Of a DNA stretch of 64,000 bases, positions 19,049-30,672 are shown piece after piece (positions within the stretch are counted from its first letter, which is position 1; each line of letters starts with the position of its first letter). A program made the translations under genes and the position numbers. The notes beneath the pieces were generated by a model. That model searched no databases, was not told the DNA's origin, and saw nothing but the letters and a program-made list of their open reading frames with translations. The DNA is taken from positions 960,001-1,024,000 of the forward strand of contig CAWETI010000002.1 in assembly GCA_963812015.1 (NCBI GenBank), read 5' to 3'. The stretch comes from an uncultured delta proteobacterium. Lineage in GTDB: Bacteria; Desulfobacterota; Desulfobaccia; Desulfobaccales; 0-14-0-80-60-11.

Positions 19049-19693
19049 CTAAGGTTGTCGGTCCAAATGGTATAAAATAATGGTGATAACAACCGTTCCG
19101 ATCAACATCCAGATTGGTCCAAACAACCACAGAAACAACAGAACACTAAAGTAATAGCCGCGCATCCCCATAGTGTAATGCATCATGCCGCGGTTGAGGA
19201 TATTAGTGATATATTCCGGAGTTATTTTGTGAGCCAAATTAGATGGGACGTTGATCATAAAATTAACGTGGTTTAGATAGCGGATGGCCAGGCAGAAGCT
19301 AAAGAAGATGAAAAAGAAATCGACAATCAGCACCATCAATTTGAATAACCATAAGGCCCGGTGTTCCCTTACCAACTCATTAAGACTAGGGGTGATTTCC
19401 GCCATTTTTTGCGGGCTAACGGCCACGCTGAGCAGCCCCAGACAGATCAGGATGCCCGTGGAAGCCAGGAAACTGGCGGCCATCGTCCAGTTGCGCAGGG
19501 TCTGGACGGCCAGGATATCCCGACGTTCCGCCATGATGGATTCCACCCAGTGAGCCCGTAAGTGATTGGTTATGCCCGTCGCAGTGGCCATGGGTTTCCG
19601 GTATACCAGGTAGAGCCAATGGATATGGTAAGCCACCAGGATGAGAAACGAGGCGCAGGTGTAACAAATTTCCCAATGAGTCGATTCATACAT
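19049..19693 (-). CDS. DUF599 family membrane protein
   Basis: ILAVQTLRNWTMAASFLAST, GMRGYYF...WLFGP. Confidence 0.85.
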   Translation of the reverse strand: MYESTHWEICYTCASFLILVAYHIHWLYLVYRKPMATATGITNHLRAHWVESIMAERRDILAVQTLRNWTMAASFLASTGILICLGLLSVAVSPQKMAEITPSLNELVREHRALWLFKLMVLIVDFFFIFFSFCLAIRYLNHVNFMINVPSNLAHKITPEYITNILNRGMMHYTMGMRGYYFSVLLFLWLFGPIWMLIGTVVITIILYHLDRQP

Positions 19694-20073
19694 GGTTGAT
19701 CTTCCCTTGAGGCCCGTACCGGGGGAAGTCTGAATACCGGGGGTTTCCCCTAAGTCCTCCCCCGACCGTATGCCTAACTGCCTAAGAAAAATAAGAAACT
19801 GCCGGTGGTTCCCGGGCCGCGCCTGGGGGGAGGTCTTCTCCGGGACAGGGGGCGAGCCCATGGCCGACCTCCGGGTGGTTCTCCCGTCGCAACCGCATTT
19901 CGCCTGCCGTCCGGGGTTACGGATAAACGCCGGGGTGATTGCAATCTCTTTAATTATTAAGTATATAATGAGCAACTGTTGTTTTGCAAGCGGCGGCCCG
20001 GTCACCAACAACAGTTCTCAGCAACACTTAGCGAAGACAACCATCCTGTGAAGCAACGTGAGGAGCGCTCTCC

Positions 20074-21771
20074 ATGGCCACCCCCGATTCTCCGCCTACA
20101 ACTAACTTTATTCGCCATATTATTGATGAAGATTTGACAGCCCATAAGAATGATGGCCGGGTGATTACCCGCTTTCCCCCGGAGCCCAACGGTTACCTCC
20201 ATATCGGCCACGCCAAATCCATCTGCCTCAATTTCGGCCTGGCCGCCGATTATCACGGCGTCTGCAACCTCCGCTTCGATGACACCAATCCCAGCAAGGA
20301 GGAGGTGGAGTATGTGGAATCCATCCTGGCCGACGTCCGGTGGGTGGGGTTCGACTGGGGGGACCGGCTGTTCTTCGCCTCGGATTACTTTGAGCAGTTG
20401 TACCAATATGCCGTGCATCTGATCAAGACGGGCAAGGCCTATGTGTGCGACTTGAGCGCCGAGGAGATCCGGCAGCATCGGGGCACCCTGACGGCTCCAG
20501 GCATCGACAGCCCCTTCCGCCAGCGCCCCGTGGCGGAGAACCTGGACCTATTCCAGCGGATGCGGGCCGGCGAGTTTGCCGACGGCTCCCGGACCCTCCG
20601 GGCCAAGATTGACATGGCCTCGCCCAACCTCAACCTGCGGGACCCGGTCCTCTATCGCATCAAGCATGAGAGCCATCACCGCACCGGCGACGCCTGGTGT
20701 ATCTATCCCATGTATGATTACGCCCATCCCCTGTCCGATGCCCTGGAGGGGATCACCCACTCCATCTGCACCATGGAGTATGAGGACCACCGGGTGTTGT
20801 ACGACTGGGCCCTGGACTACTGCCCCGTCCCCTGCCATCCCCAGCAGATCGAGTTCGCCCGCCTCAATCTCAGCTATACCGTCATGAGCAAGCGCAAGCT
20901 CCTGCAACTGGTGAATGAGGGCCACGTGGCCGGTTGGGATGATCCCCGCATGCCCACCCTGGCGGGCCTGCGGCGCCGGGGCTACACTCCGGAGGCCATC
21001 CGCACCTTTTGCGAGCGCATCGGGGTGGGGAAACGGGATAACCTGGTGGACTTGGCCTTGCTGGAATTCTGCCTCAGGGAAGATTTGAACTACCGGGCGC
21101 CCCGGGTGATGGGGGTGTTGCGGCCCCTCAAGGTGGTCCTGGTCAACTACCCGGAAGGCCAGGTGGAGGAACTGGAGGCCGTGAACAATCCCGAGGACGC
21201 CAGTCAAGGGACCCGGCAGGTGCCGTTCTCCCGGGAATTGTACCTTGAACAAGAAGACTTCATGGAGGACCCGCCTAAAAAGTTCTACCGCCTGGCCCCC
21301 GGGCGGGAGGTGCGGCTGCGCTACGCCTACTTCATCAAGTGCGAAGAGGTGGTCAAGGACCCCGTCACCGGCGAAGTGGTGGAGTTGCGCTGCACCTATG
21401 ACCCCACCACCCGGGGGGGGTACGCCCCGGACGGCCGCCAGGTCAAGGCCACCCTTCACTGGGTGTCGGCGGCCCAGGCGCTGCCCGCCGAGGTGCGCCT
21501 CTATGACCGCCTCTTCACCAAACCCGTCCCCGGTGAGGATCACGGCGGCGATTTTAAGGCCGATCTCAACCCCGCCTCGTTGGCGGTCCTGACCTCCTGC
21601 CGCCTGGAGCCGAGCCTGGCACAGGCCGCGCCCGGGAGCATCTACCAATTTGAGCGCCAGGGCTACTTCTGCGTGGACGTGAAGGAGAGCGCCCCCGGGG
21701 CCCCGGTCTTCAACCGGACGGTGACCCTGAGGGACGCCTGGGCCAAGCTCCAGCAGGCCCAGAAAACCTAG
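20074..21771 (+). CDS. glnS: Glutamine--tRNA ligase
   Basis: [36 protein letters not shown]. Confidence 0.97.
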   Translation: MATPDSPPTTNFIRHIIDEDLTAHKNDGRVITRFPPEPNGYLHIGHAKSICLNFGLAADYHGVCNLRFDDTNPSKEEVEYVESILADVRWVGFDWGDRLFFASDYFEQLYQYAVHLIKTGKAYVCDLSAEEIRQHRGTLTAPGIDSPFRQRPVAENLDLFQRMRAGEFADGSRTLRAKIDMASPNLNLRDPVLYRIKHESHHRTGDAWCIYPMYDYAHPLSDALEGITHSICTMEYEDHRVLYDWALDYCPVPCHPQQIEFARLNLSYTVMSKRKLLQLVNEGHVAGWDDPRMPTLAGLRRRGYTPEAIRTFCERIGVGKRDNLVDLALLEFCLREDLNYRAPRVMGVLRPLKVVLVNYPEGQVEELEAVNNPEDASQGTRQVPFSRELYLEQEDFMEDPPKKFYRLAPGREVRLRYAYFIKCEEVVKDPVTGEVVELRCTYDPTTRGGYAPDGRQVKATLHWVSAAQALPAEVRLYDRLFTKPVPGEDHGGDFKADLNPASLAVLTSCRLEPSLAQAAPGSIYQFERQGYFCVDVKESAPGAPVFNRTVTLRDAWAKLQQAQKT

Positions 21772-22059
21772 GGGAGCTGGCGACGGGGAGGAAAGACCTC
21801 CTCGGAACCCGGGACCGGTTGCCTCCCATCTTAACCCCAGCGCCGTCGTCTCGTTTTATCCCTGGTTGCGGTCAGTCGCCGTGAAGTTGTGGCCGGAGGG
21901 GCTCGGCCCGGAAAAAGCCTTAAATTTCTCATCCATGGCTAAGGCTTTTTGTGGTATGATGCGCCACTTGACCCGGGAGACGGGTCTTGATTCTCCACAA
22001 CTGCCTCGCCGGGGTCTGGGTAAGAGTGCCCCAGGCGTTGGGGTTGAGGCACCAGTGAG

Positions 22060-25000
22060 ATGACAAGGAAGTTAGGCGATCAGCCCCTGGATCTCCTGGA
22101 GCAGCGGTTTCAGGCGCTCCGGGACCAGGCCGGCGGCTTGTCCGGGAATTGCCGGCCAGAGTTGGAAACCGCTCTCCTGGAGGTTTCCCAGGCCATCGCT
22201 GCGGTCCGGGAGGCCAGGCAGGCAGAGACCGGTCCCCAGCAGGACCCCCCTGACGCCCCGGAGCCCCCCGCCAGCCCGGCGTCTAGAGACCTGACCGTAC
22301 TGATCCCCCCGGAGTCCCCGGACCGGATGCCTCCAGGTTACCAGCCGGAAGACACCTCCTACTGCTGCGACACCATTCTGCGCCACGTCTTCAGCGCCAT
22401 TCCCGATCTGCTCACCGTCATCGACCGGGACTTCAACATCATCATGACCAACTGGCATGATTCCGGCGTGGTCCCGGAAGAGGCCCGGCGCGGCCGGCCC
22501 AAGTGCTACCGGGTTTATCATCACCGGGACCGCCCCTGCCAGAACTGCCATGTCCAAAAGGTCTTCGCCACCGGTCAACCTCAGAAGGCAGAAAAGATCA
22601 ATGTCCTTGACGGGCGGACCCGGGAATTCAGCGCTTTTCCTGTCCTGAGTGAATCCGGGCAGGTTATCCTGGGGGCGGAGCACGTGCGGGATGTCACCGA
22701 GCCCCGGCTGGCCGAGGAGGCCCTGAAGGAGAGTGAAGCAACCCTGCGGACTCTCATCGCGGCCAACCCGGAGTCTTTGATCCTGATGGATACCCGGGGT
22801 ATGGTCCTGGCGGCCAGCAAAGTGGCGGCCCAGAGGTTCGAGACCAGCCTGGAAGAGATCATCGGGGCCGATGCGTTTGCCCTGGTCCCCACCGAGGTAG
22901 GCCGGAAACGTTCCGAAATTTTTCAGCAGGTGGTCGCCAGCGGCGCCCCGGCGCGTTTTGAAGACGTCAGAGGAGATTTTTATCTGGATATCTCCATGAC
23001 CCCCATTTTTGACCAGGACAAGGTGGTCCAGGTCGCGGTTTTGGCAGTAGACATCACCGCCAGGAAACAAGGGGAAAAGGCCCTCAGGGAGAGCGAAGAG
23101 CGCTTCAAATTTCTCTTTGAATATGCCCCGGATGCTTATTTTCTCATGGATTTACAGGGTAATTTCCTGGATGCCAACCGGGCGGCGGAGAGATTGTCCG
23201 GCTATCGCCAGGAAGAATTGATCGGTCAGAATTTTCAGACCTTGCCATTGCTGGATGACCGGCAAAAAACCCTAGTTACCGAACTGCTTGCTTTATCTGT
23301 ATATGGAGAGGTCGTGGGGCCGGTGGACCTTACCCTCAGCCGCAAAGATGGGCGAGAGGTCATCATTGAGGTCAAGGGCCTGCCGTTGGAAATGAAGAGA
23401 CAGAGCCTGGTGCTGGCCGTCGCCCGGGACATTACGGACCGCAAGCAGGCGGAGGAGGCCCTGCGGGAGAGTGAAGAGCGCTATCGCACCCTGTTCGAAA
23501 CCTCGCCCGACGCCCTCATCGTGATGGATCTGGACATGAACATCATCATGGGGAACCAGCGAGCGTTGGAGATGGTCGGGCATGACAGTCTGGAACAGTT
23601 CATGTCCAGGAAAGGCATCAACGACATGGCGTCGGAGGATCGGCCCCGGGTCGCGGCGGCCATCAAGGCATTGCTGGCAACCGGGCGGACGCAAACTTTT
23701 GAGACCACCATGGTAAAGCAAGACGGCGCGCGATTCCCCAGCCTCAACAGCGCCGCCTTGATCCGGGACGCCGCGGGCCGGCCCCGGGCCATCATCGGGA
23801 CTGCCCGGGACATTACTGCACTCAAGCAGGCGGAAGCGGCATTACGGGAAAGCGAGCAAAGGTTCCGGGATATCACCGAGCACGCCGCGGAGTGGGTTTG
23901 GGAGACGGACGCCCAGGGAACTTACACTTATTCCAGCCCGGTGGTGGAGCAATTGTTGGGCTATAAACCTGAGGAAGTCCTGGGCAAATATTTTTATGAT
24001 TTTTTTCTCCCGGGCCAGCGGGAAAAACTGAAGAACGCCGCGCTGACGGTATTCGCGGCCAAACAGCCGTTCGGAGAATTTCTCAGCCCCAACCTGCATA
24101 AAAACGGCCGAATCGTCTGGCTGTCCACCAGCGGCATTCCCATCCTGGATGACCGAGGGGACCTCCTGGGATACCGGGGCGCGAAAATAGATATTACCGA
24201 GCGGAGGGAGGCAGAAGCATTATCCCGTAACCTGATTGCAAATTCGCCGGTGGGTATTTATCTGATTCAGAATAGAAAATTTCAACTGGTGAACCAATGG
24301 TTTTTTACCATTACCGGCTATGGCGAAGGTGAATTTTTAAGCCTGAGGCCCCTTGACTTAGTACATCCGGAGGACCGGGAGGCAACCAAAGAGAATGCCG
24401 TGAAGATGTTGAAAGGGTTGAGCTCCGTCCCTTATGAATACCGGACTATTACTAAGGGTGGGGAGATTAAGTGGATTATGGAAACGCTTGCCGCCATCCG
24501 ATACAAGGGGAAAGGGGCGGTCTTGGGATATTTCATGGACATCACGGAGCGCAAGGCCCTGGAACAGCAGCTCATCCAGGCCCAGAAGATGGAAGCGGTG
24601 GGCCGACTGGCCGGCGGGGTGGCTCACGACTTCAACAATCTCCTGATGGCCATCATGGGATACGGCGAACTCATGCGGTCTAAGGTCCTCAAAGGCGACC
24701 CGCTTTACGACCACCTGGAAAATATTTTAAAGGCCGGCGACCGGGCCGCAGCGCTGACCCAGCAGTTGCTGACCTTCAGCCGCCGGCAGATCGTGAGCCC
24801 CCAGGTGGTTGATCTCAACCGGGTGGTCCTGGATCTGGAGCCGATGTTGCGGCGGCTCATCGGCGAAGACCTCGATCTGGAAATCACTACTGACCCGGGG
24901 CCGGTGGCGGTGAAGGCGGACCCCGGCCAACTGGGCCAGATCATCATGAACCTGGTGGTGAACGCCCGGGATGCCATGCCCCGGGGGGGCCGGCTCACCC

Positions 25001-25719
25001 TGAAAGCCGCGTCGGTTGAGTTTAAGCAGGCCCGTCACACCAGATTCGGCCAGGTGCCGCCGGGAAGTTATGTGCGGCTGGTGGTGCGGGACACCGGGGT
25101 CGGCATGGATGAGGCCACCCAGGCCCATGTCTTCGAGCCGTTCTTTACGACCAAGGAACCGGACAAGGGCACCGGCCTGGGACTGTCCACCGTCTACGGC
25201 ATTGTCAAGCAGAGCGGCGGGTACCTCGATCTGGCCAGCGAGCCCGGGGCTGGCAGCACCTTCACCATCTGGTTGTCGCGCCTTGAGACCTTGGTTGAGC
25301 CACCCAAGACGAGGATTCCCCTCACCGCGAGCTATCGGGGGAAGGAGACGATTTTGCTGGTGGAGGACGAGGACGTGCTCCGGGGCCTGCTGGCCAAGTT
25401 CTTGCGGCTCTATGGCTACACGGTGCTGGAGGCCCGCCATGGCGGCGAGGCCCTGCTGATCTGTGAGCGGCGTCAGGAGCCGATCCACCTGATGGTGACC
25501 GATGTGGTGATGCCCCAAATGAGTGGCCGGGAACTGGCCGACCGCCTCACCCCCCTGCGCCCGGACATGAAAGTCCTCTATATGTCGGGCTATACCGAAG
25601 ACGCCGTGGTCCAACACGGCGTGGAGGATCTATCGGTGGCTTTCCTCCAGAAGCCTTTTAAACCCATAGATCTGGCCCGCAAGGTGTACGCCATCCTCCA
25701 TGCTCCGGTACGCCGCTAG
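22060..25719 (+). CDS. Multi-PAS hybrid sensor histidine kinase/response regulator
   Basis: About six PAS/PAC repeats, AHDFNN H-box, GTGLGL, C-terminal receiver (DVVMP...KPF). Confidence 0.93.
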   Translation: MTRKLGDQPLDLLEQRFQALRDQAGGLSGNCRPELETALLEVSQAIAAVREARQAETGPQQDPPDAPEPPASPASRDLTVLIPPESPDRMPPGYQPEDTSYCCDTILRHVFSAIPDLLTVIDRDFNIIMTNWHDSGVVPEEARRGRPKCYRVYHHRDRPCQNCHVQKVFATGQPQKAEKINVLDGRTREFSAFPVLSESGQVILGAEHVRDVTEPRLAEEALKESEATLRTLIAANPESLILMDTRGMVLAASKVAAQRFETSLEEIIGADAFALVPTEVGRKRSEIFQQVVASGAPARFEDVRGDFYLDISMTPIFDQDKVVQVAVLAVDITARKQGEKALRESEERFKFLFEYAPDAYFLMDLQGNFLDANRAAERLSGYRQEELIGQNFQTLPLLDDRQKTLVTELLALSVYGEVVGPVDLTLSRKDGREVIIEVKGLPLEMKRQSLVLAVARDITDRKQAEEALRESEERYRTLFETSPDALIVMDLDMNIIMGNQRALEMVGHDSLEQFMSRKGINDMASEDRPRVAAAIKALLATGRTQTFETTMVKQDGARFPSLNSAALIRDAAGRPRAIIGTARDITALKQAEAALRESEQRFRDITEHAAEWVWETDAQGTYTYSSPVVEQLLGYKPEEVLGKYFYDFFLPGQREKLKNAALTVFAAKQPFGEFLSPNLHKNGRIVWLSTSGIPILDDRGDLLGYRGAKIDITERREAEALSRNLIANSPVGIYLIQNRKFQLVNQWFFTITGYGEGEFLSLRPLDLVHPEDREATKENAVKMLKGLSSVPYEYRTITKGGEIKWIMETLAAIRYKGKGAVLGYFMDITERKALEQQLIQAQKMEAVGRLAGGVAHDFNNLLMAIMGYGELMRSKVLKGDPLYDHLENILKAGDRAAALTQQLLTFSRRQIVSPQVVDLNRVVLDLEPMLRRLIGEDLDLEITTDPGPVAVKADPGQLGQIIMNLVVNARDAMPRGGRLTLKAASVEFKQARHTRFGQVPPGSYVRLVVRDTGVGMDEATQAHVFEPFFTTKEPDKGTGLGLSTVYGIVKQSGGYLDLASEPGAGSTFTIWLSRLETLVEPPKTRIPLTASYRGKETILLVEDEDVLRGLLAKFLRLYGYTVLEARHGGEALLICERRQEPIHLMVTDVVMPQMSGRELADRLTPLRPDMKVLYMSGYTEDAVVQHGVEDLSVAFLQKPFKPIDLARKVYAILHAPVRR

Positions 25720-26168
25720 CGGTTCCCGGCGGCCAGTCAAAGATATCCTTCCCGGGCCCCCCGACGTGCTCCTCCGATGGGCCGGCTTGGCCCCGGGCTC
25801 GAGGTCGTGGCATTTTTCCGCGGCCAGGGTTTCTTCCGTTCCGGTGGTCTGATAGGATAACATGGGTGCGGCGGGGTTTCCTCCGCCCCGGCGTCCCATG
25901 ATGGTTAGAGCGATTTCCCAAGGTTTTTCCCGATGGATTTGATTATTTTTATTGGAGGGGCACGGCCCGCCGTGTCACCACAAAAAGAAATTGTTTTTAG
26001 CAACCGCTGACTTAAGAATCTGATGCTGACGGACCCAGGCAAGGTTTTTTATTGACATGAGGACCAGATAACCTCTCAATTGAAATAACGGCCCGGCACA
26101 TGAGGTCCGGCGAACCGGCAGAAAAGACGGGAACGGTTGGGGATCAACCTGGGGGGTAATGAGTAGTC

Positions 26169-27620
26169 ATGGTAGACAAGCGGGAATTTAGCAAGGTCCT
26201 GGTGGCCAACCGGGGCGAGATCGCGGTGCGGATCATGCGGTCGGCCCAGGAACTGGGCCTCAAGGTGGTGGCCATCTACGAGGAGACCGACAAGGACGCC
26301 TTCCATATCATGCGGGCCGATGAGGCGGTCTGCATCGGGCCCGGCCCCCGGAAGGACTACCTCAATATCGACAAGATTATCGCGGCAGCCCAGAAGACCG
26401 GGGCCCAGGCCATTCATCCCGGTTACGGCTTTCTGGCGGAAAACCCCGATTTCCCCGAGGCTTGCACCAGTGCGGGCCTGGTGTTTATCGGGCCGCCGCC
26501 TGAGGTCATCCGGAACCTGGGAAGCAAAGTCATCGCCCGGAAAATCGCTCAGGCCACCGGGGTCCGGGTCATTCCGGCCACCGCCATGCTTCCTGCGGGA
26601 GCCCCGGGCGACGCGGCCGCCCAGGACTTTGCGGCTCAACACGGCTACCCCATCATGATCAAGGCGGTATCGGGCGGCGGCGGCCGGGGCATCCGCCAGG
26701 TCGAGGATCGCGCCGGCTTGCTGGATGGGCTCATGCGCTCCCGGGCCGAGGCCCTCATGTCCTTTGGGGATGACAGCATCTACCTGGAAAAATGTGTGCG
26801 CCGGCCCCGGCACGTGGAGGTCCAGATCCTGGCCGATTCCTATGGCAACGTGGTGCACCTGGGAACCCGGAACTGCTCCATTCAGCGCCGCCACCAGAAA
26901 CTCATTGAGATCGCCCCCGCCGGCCTGGACCCGGCCTTGACCAAGGAGATCTGCGACGCCGCGGTGCGGGTGGTGCGGGCCGCCAAGTATCTCAGCGCCG
27001 GCACGGTGGAATTTTTGGTGGAGGCCGACGGCACCTATTACTTCCTCGAAGTGAATACTCGCCTGCAGGTGGAGCATACGGTCACCGAGGTGGTGACCGG
27101 CATCGATATCGTCCGGGAGCAGGTCTTAATCGCCATGGGCGAACCCGTCAGCTTCTCCCAGGATCAGGTGGCCGAGCGCGGCTACGCCATCGAGCTCCGG
27201 ATCAATGCCGAAGACCCCAAAAACGACTTTCTGGCCAGCCCCGGGGTGGTGCAGGTCTACCGGTCTTCCGCCGGCCACGGGGTCCGGCTGGACGGGACCA
27301 TCTACCAGGGGTACAAGATCCCCCCGTATTACGACTCCTTGATCGTGAAACTCACGGTGTACGGCTTCACCTGGCGTGAGGCGGTGGACCGCATGGCCCG
27401 GGCCCTCAACGGCTTTCTCATCATCGGGGTGAAGACCACCATTCCCTACTTCCAGCAAATTGTCACGGAGCCGGATTTTATTCAAATGAAGCTCGACACC
27501 GCCTATATTGATGACCACCCTCAACTCATGGATTACCGGGAGCAGGAACAAGAGGTGGAGAAGCTGGCCCGCCTCATTGCCGCAATCAATGCCCATGGAA
27601 AGAATCCTTATACGCAATGA
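26169..27620 (+). CDS. pycA: Biotin carboxylase subunit (pyruvate carboxylase subunit A type)
   Basis: VANRGEIA, HPGYGFLAEN, GGGGRG, EVNTRLQVEH, RINAEDP. Confidence 0.9.
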   Translation: MVDKREFSKVLVANRGEIAVRIMRSAQELGLKVVAIYEETDKDAFHIMRADEAVCIGPGPRKDYLNIDKIIAAAQKTGAQAIHPGYGFLAENPDFPEACTSAGLVFIGPPPEVIRNLGSKVIARKIAQATGVRVIPATAMLPAGAPGDAAAQDFAAQHGYPIMIKAVSGGGGRGIRQVEDRAGLLDGLMRSRAEALMSFGDDSIYLEKCVRRPRHVEVQILADSYGNVVHLGTRNCSIQRRHQKLIEIAPAGLDPALTKEICDAAVRVVRAAKYLSAGTVEFLVEADGTYYFLEVNTRLQVEHTVTEVVTGIDIVREQVLIAMGEPVSFSQDQVAERGYAIELRINAEDPKNDFLASPGVVQVYRSSAGHGVRLDGTIYQGYKIPPYYDSLIVKLTVYGFTWREAVDRMARALNGFLIIGVKTTIPYFQQIVTEPDFIQMKLDTAYIDDHPQLMDYREQEQEVEKLARLIAAINAHGKNPYTQ

Positions 27621-27692
27621 GGCGCCGCCTCAGGCCCGGGCCGGGAGGGTGCCGGCCGGCCGGGGCCTTTCAGTTTGTGGGGGGAAAGAACC

Positions 27693-29354
27693 ATGCAGGG
27701 ACGAATAACCCGGGGAATGAGCCCCACCGAGATTCTCCGCGTGCTGCGGGAGTCTGACGGGTACTACCTGTGCAACAACGAACGGGATGTGTCGCAATCC
27801 GACTTCAAAAATCGGCTCCTGCCCATGACCACGGTAAGGGTGGCGCCGTACCGGGAAGCGGCGGGGTTCTTTTCCCTGGAGGTCAGCGGCGGCGCGTCCG
27901 TGCACGTGGACCTGATGCGCAAACAGGTGGACCCCTTCGAACGGCTGCGCATCACCCAAAAGGCCATGCCCCTGACCCTGCTCCAAACCGTGTGCCGGGG
28001 CTCCTGCCTGTTCGGCTACCGCCATTATCCTGAAAACGTCATCCGGTTGACGGTGCGGGCGTTCGCCCGGTACGTGGATGTCTGGCGGGTCTACGATTTT
28101 CTCAATCACGTGCCTAACATGATTCCGGTGATGGAAGAGGTGCAGAAGGTGGAGCGGCTGCTCATGCCCAGCATCTGCTTTTCCACCGGGCCGGAGCACA
28201 CCGACCGGTATTATGTGGATAAGGTCAAGGAGATTTTGGAGGTCACCGGTCCCGACGTTATCATCTCCATCAAGAATTACGCCGGCCTGGGAACTCCCAA
28301 GCGCATCAGCCATCTGGTGGAATCCATCTGTGCGGCTATCCCCGGTCTGGTGCTCCACTATCACGGTTGCAACACCGACGGCAACGACATCGGGCGCATG
28401 AGCGCCGCGGTCCTGGCCGGAGCCAAGATCTGCGACGTGGCGGATCATGGCTATGGGGCGATCTACGGGCAGGCCCCGGCCCTCACCCTGATCCAGGCCC
28501 TGGACGACTACGGCAAAAAGGCCGTGGGGCTGGACATCCCCTCCCTCATCAAGTCCTCGGATCTGCTGCGCCAGGAACGCAAGGTCTATGAACCCTTCGA
28601 GAGCCCTTTTCGGGGGCATGATCCCACCGTGGCGGCCTACAAGCTCACCGGCGGCGCGGTGGGCAGCACCTTTGAGCAGGCGGACCAAGGGGGCTTTCTC
28701 CACCGCATGCCGGAAATCCTCACGGAAATGGCCCGGGTCCAGGCTGAGTTGGGGAACTGGTGGTCGGTGACCCCGGGTTCCCAAATCATCTGGACCACGG
28801 CGGTGAACAACGTCCTCTATGGCCGCTACGAGCAGCCCTCCCTGGACCTGAAAAACCTCCTGTTGGGACGCTACGGCCCCCTGCCATTTTTTAAGCCCGA
28901 AGCCTGGATCTACGAAAAGGTGCTGGAATATCAGCGCTACGACGGCAAAAAGTGGCAACAGATCCTGGCGGCGGAGGGGGGGATCCAGAAGCCCGGAGAC
29001 GCCGACTTGGCCATGGAGCGCCGCCGGCTGGAAGGCGAGTTGGACCGGCCGGTCACCGACGAAGAGATGGTGCTCTACCTCCAGTTCCCCTTCGACGCCC
29101 TGTCATTTTTCAAGTTCCAGGCCCAGTATGGCAAGGTCTGGATGCTGCCCCCGGAAGTCTGGTTTAGGCAAGGCGGCTTCAAAGACGGCGAGCACCTCAC
29201 CTTCGCGGACGAATATGGCGTGCCCCATTACATTGAGGTGATTTCAACCCGCCGGGAAGGCGCCAACGTCATCACCACCTTGATGGTGGACCATAGCTTT
29301 CGCACCTTCAGCGTCCAGGTGGAAGGCCCCAATAAACCTGCCGCCGCCGGGTGA
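27693..29354 (+). CDS. Pyruvate carboxylase/oxaloacetate decarboxylase-type carboxyltransferase lacking a biotinyl domain
   Basis: RDVSQS, SLEVSGGA, DPFERL, VTPGSQI; no AMKM/EAMK biotin motif. Confidence 0.82.
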   Translation: MQGRITRGMSPTEILRVLRESDGYYLCNNERDVSQSDFKNRLLPMTTVRVAPYREAAGFFSLEVSGGASVHVDLMRKQVDPFERLRITQKAMPLTLLQTVCRGSCLFGYRHYPENVIRLTVRAFARYVDVWRVYDFLNHVPNMIPVMEEVQKVERLLMPSICFSTGPEHTDRYYVDKVKEILEVTGPDVIISIKNYAGLGTPKRISHLVESICAAIPGLVLHYHGCNTDGNDIGRMSAAVLAGAKICDVADHGYGAIYGQAPALTLIQALDDYGKKAVGLDIPSLIKSSDLLRQERKVYEPFESPFRGHDPTVAAYKLTGGAVGSTFEQADQGGFLHRMPEILTEMARVQAELGNWWSVTPGSQIIWTTAVNNVLYGRYEQPSLDLKNLLLGRYGPLPFFKPEAWIYEKVLEYQRYDGKKWQQILAAEGGIQKPGDADLAMERRRLEGELDRPVTDEEMVLYLQFPFDALSFFKFQAQYGKVWMLPPEVWFRQGGFKDGEHLTFADEYGVPHYIEVISTRREGANVITTLMVDHSFRTFSVQVEGPNKPAAAG

Positions 29355-29445
29355 GGCGCCGGAGTCGACTAAATATCCCATTTCAGGAACACTCCTATAA
29401 ATGAGGAAATTTATTTCCCTTCCCCTTGACGTTTTCCCAATCAGG

Positions 29446-29490
29446 AAAAAGGCAAACCCGACTCACCCTCGGTAACTTGCCTTTTTTATT
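29446..29490 (-). terminator. Terminator-like hairpin next to the displaced tRNA 3' end
   Basis: aaaaaggcaa...ttgccttttt inverted repeat adjacent to the att copy. Confidence 0.55.
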
Positions 29491-29499
29491 GCTAATTTA

Positions 29500-29543
29500 T
29501 GGTCGGGACGAGAGGATTTGAACCTCCGCCCCCCTGAACCCCA
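29500..29543 (-). repeat. att site: 44-bp duplicate of the tRNA-Pro 3' end
   Basis: tggtcgggacgagaggatttgaacctccg(c/a)ccccctgaacccca matches 52904-52947 with one mismatch. Confidence 0.92.
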
Positions 29544-29584
29544 GGCGGGTTAAGGGGGTTGGCAGGAAGCTCCATCACCAACAC

Positions 29585-29720
29585 CCTGTGCAGGCTGGGC
29601 AGTGCAGTTACTCGGGGTTTTGACGAATACTGAAGCTGATGGCGGTACCCACATATCTAGTGCGCAGATATGCGTACCCTTGAATCCCAAATCCATGGTA
29701 AAGGAAACTAGTGGACCGGT
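29585..29720 (-). pseudogene. ISL3-family transposase N-terminal remnant
   Basis: STSFLYHGFGIQGYAYLRTRY...FSIRQNPE*LHCPAC resembles ISL3 N-termini with a zinc-finger CxxC; in-frame stop at 29608-29610. Confidence 0.6.
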
Positions 29721-30579
29721 GAGCTTCTTCTTTTGACTGACTCGTCCCGGGGTCGTCTTCGGACCACCCCATGTCCATGCATTTCTCCAAAAGTACGCGA
29801 AAACCTAAATTAATGAGGAGATAAGGGCCTTGCTCTTAGAAGAAATTTGGTGTAATAGATAGTTAATTGACGGCTCCTTGATCCATCCGGATCCTGGCCG
29901 CCAAGCCTCATTAAGGGATAAAACAGGAAAGGGTTTCGCAGGCCAAAATAAGAGAATTTTCCGTCCTTTATCCATGCAATAGATTCTGGGTGCAATGCCG
30001 TGGTTCTTTCAGCGACGACATTCTGCTGGAAAAATGGCTATCAAAGCCTGAATCCGTTAGCTGAAGTCCGTTTACCCGGCAAGATAAGGCCCATTTCTGG
30101 ATTAATCGATATTCTGAGGGAATTAGCGACTCAAACCTTAATTCACCGCAAAATACCGAACTATCCATCCGCCCCTGCCTCACTGCTTTCAGCACTGAAT
30201 CTTGCCACTCTATGCATTCGTGGTAAGCCGCCTGGGAGGAGCAATCCGCATACTTCGTTTCCCGCAGGGTTTCTGCGAATTCCGGAGCATTCGGGAACTT
30301 TCCCGGACTCCTCAAGATTACCCCTCGTCTCACCGGATCGCTCCCAAACGACATTCAACCACGCCATGTTTCGGCTGCTTCTCAGGAGGGAAATAGCCGG
30401 AGCCTGAAAATAGTTAAGGAAAATGAGGAATTGGTACGGTCTGGTCAGCACGTTCCCTGCGAATCGGCCTCACCCAGGAAAAAGAAGGTTCTTTACGATT
30501 TGGCAAAAATGTTGACAGGCGCACGGTGGAACTCGATGGTTTAATTGAGTTATTCCGGCAGGATGGCCGAATCCACCTC

Positions 30580-30595
30580 TGGTACGGGCATTGCA
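30580..30595 (+). promoter_or_regulatory. Sigma54 (-24/-12) promoter upstream of the metF-hdrA operon
   Basis: TGGTAC-GGGCA-TTGCA vs consensus TGGCAC-N5-TTGCA; ends 78 bp upstream of ATG 30673. Confidence 0.75.
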
Positions 30596-30672
30596 GATAA
30601 AAATTCGGATTACCGAAATGATTGTGAGCCAGGGGAAAAGATCTACTGAAATCACTATCCGGAGGTAGGTAT

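Noticed and set aside
29446..29490. c-di-GMP-I riboswitch (GGCAAAC)
   Set aside because: The motif is one arm of a terminator-like inverted repeat; no second GEMM stem and no downstream gene
29500..29543. Second functional tRNA-Pro
   Set aside because: Only the 3' 44 nt are present and the D-arm and 5' acceptor strand are missing; it is an att duplicate
29810..30470. ORFs near the island edge as integrase or real genes
   Set aside because: No tyrosine or serine recombinase motifs; overlapping short frames without recognisable features
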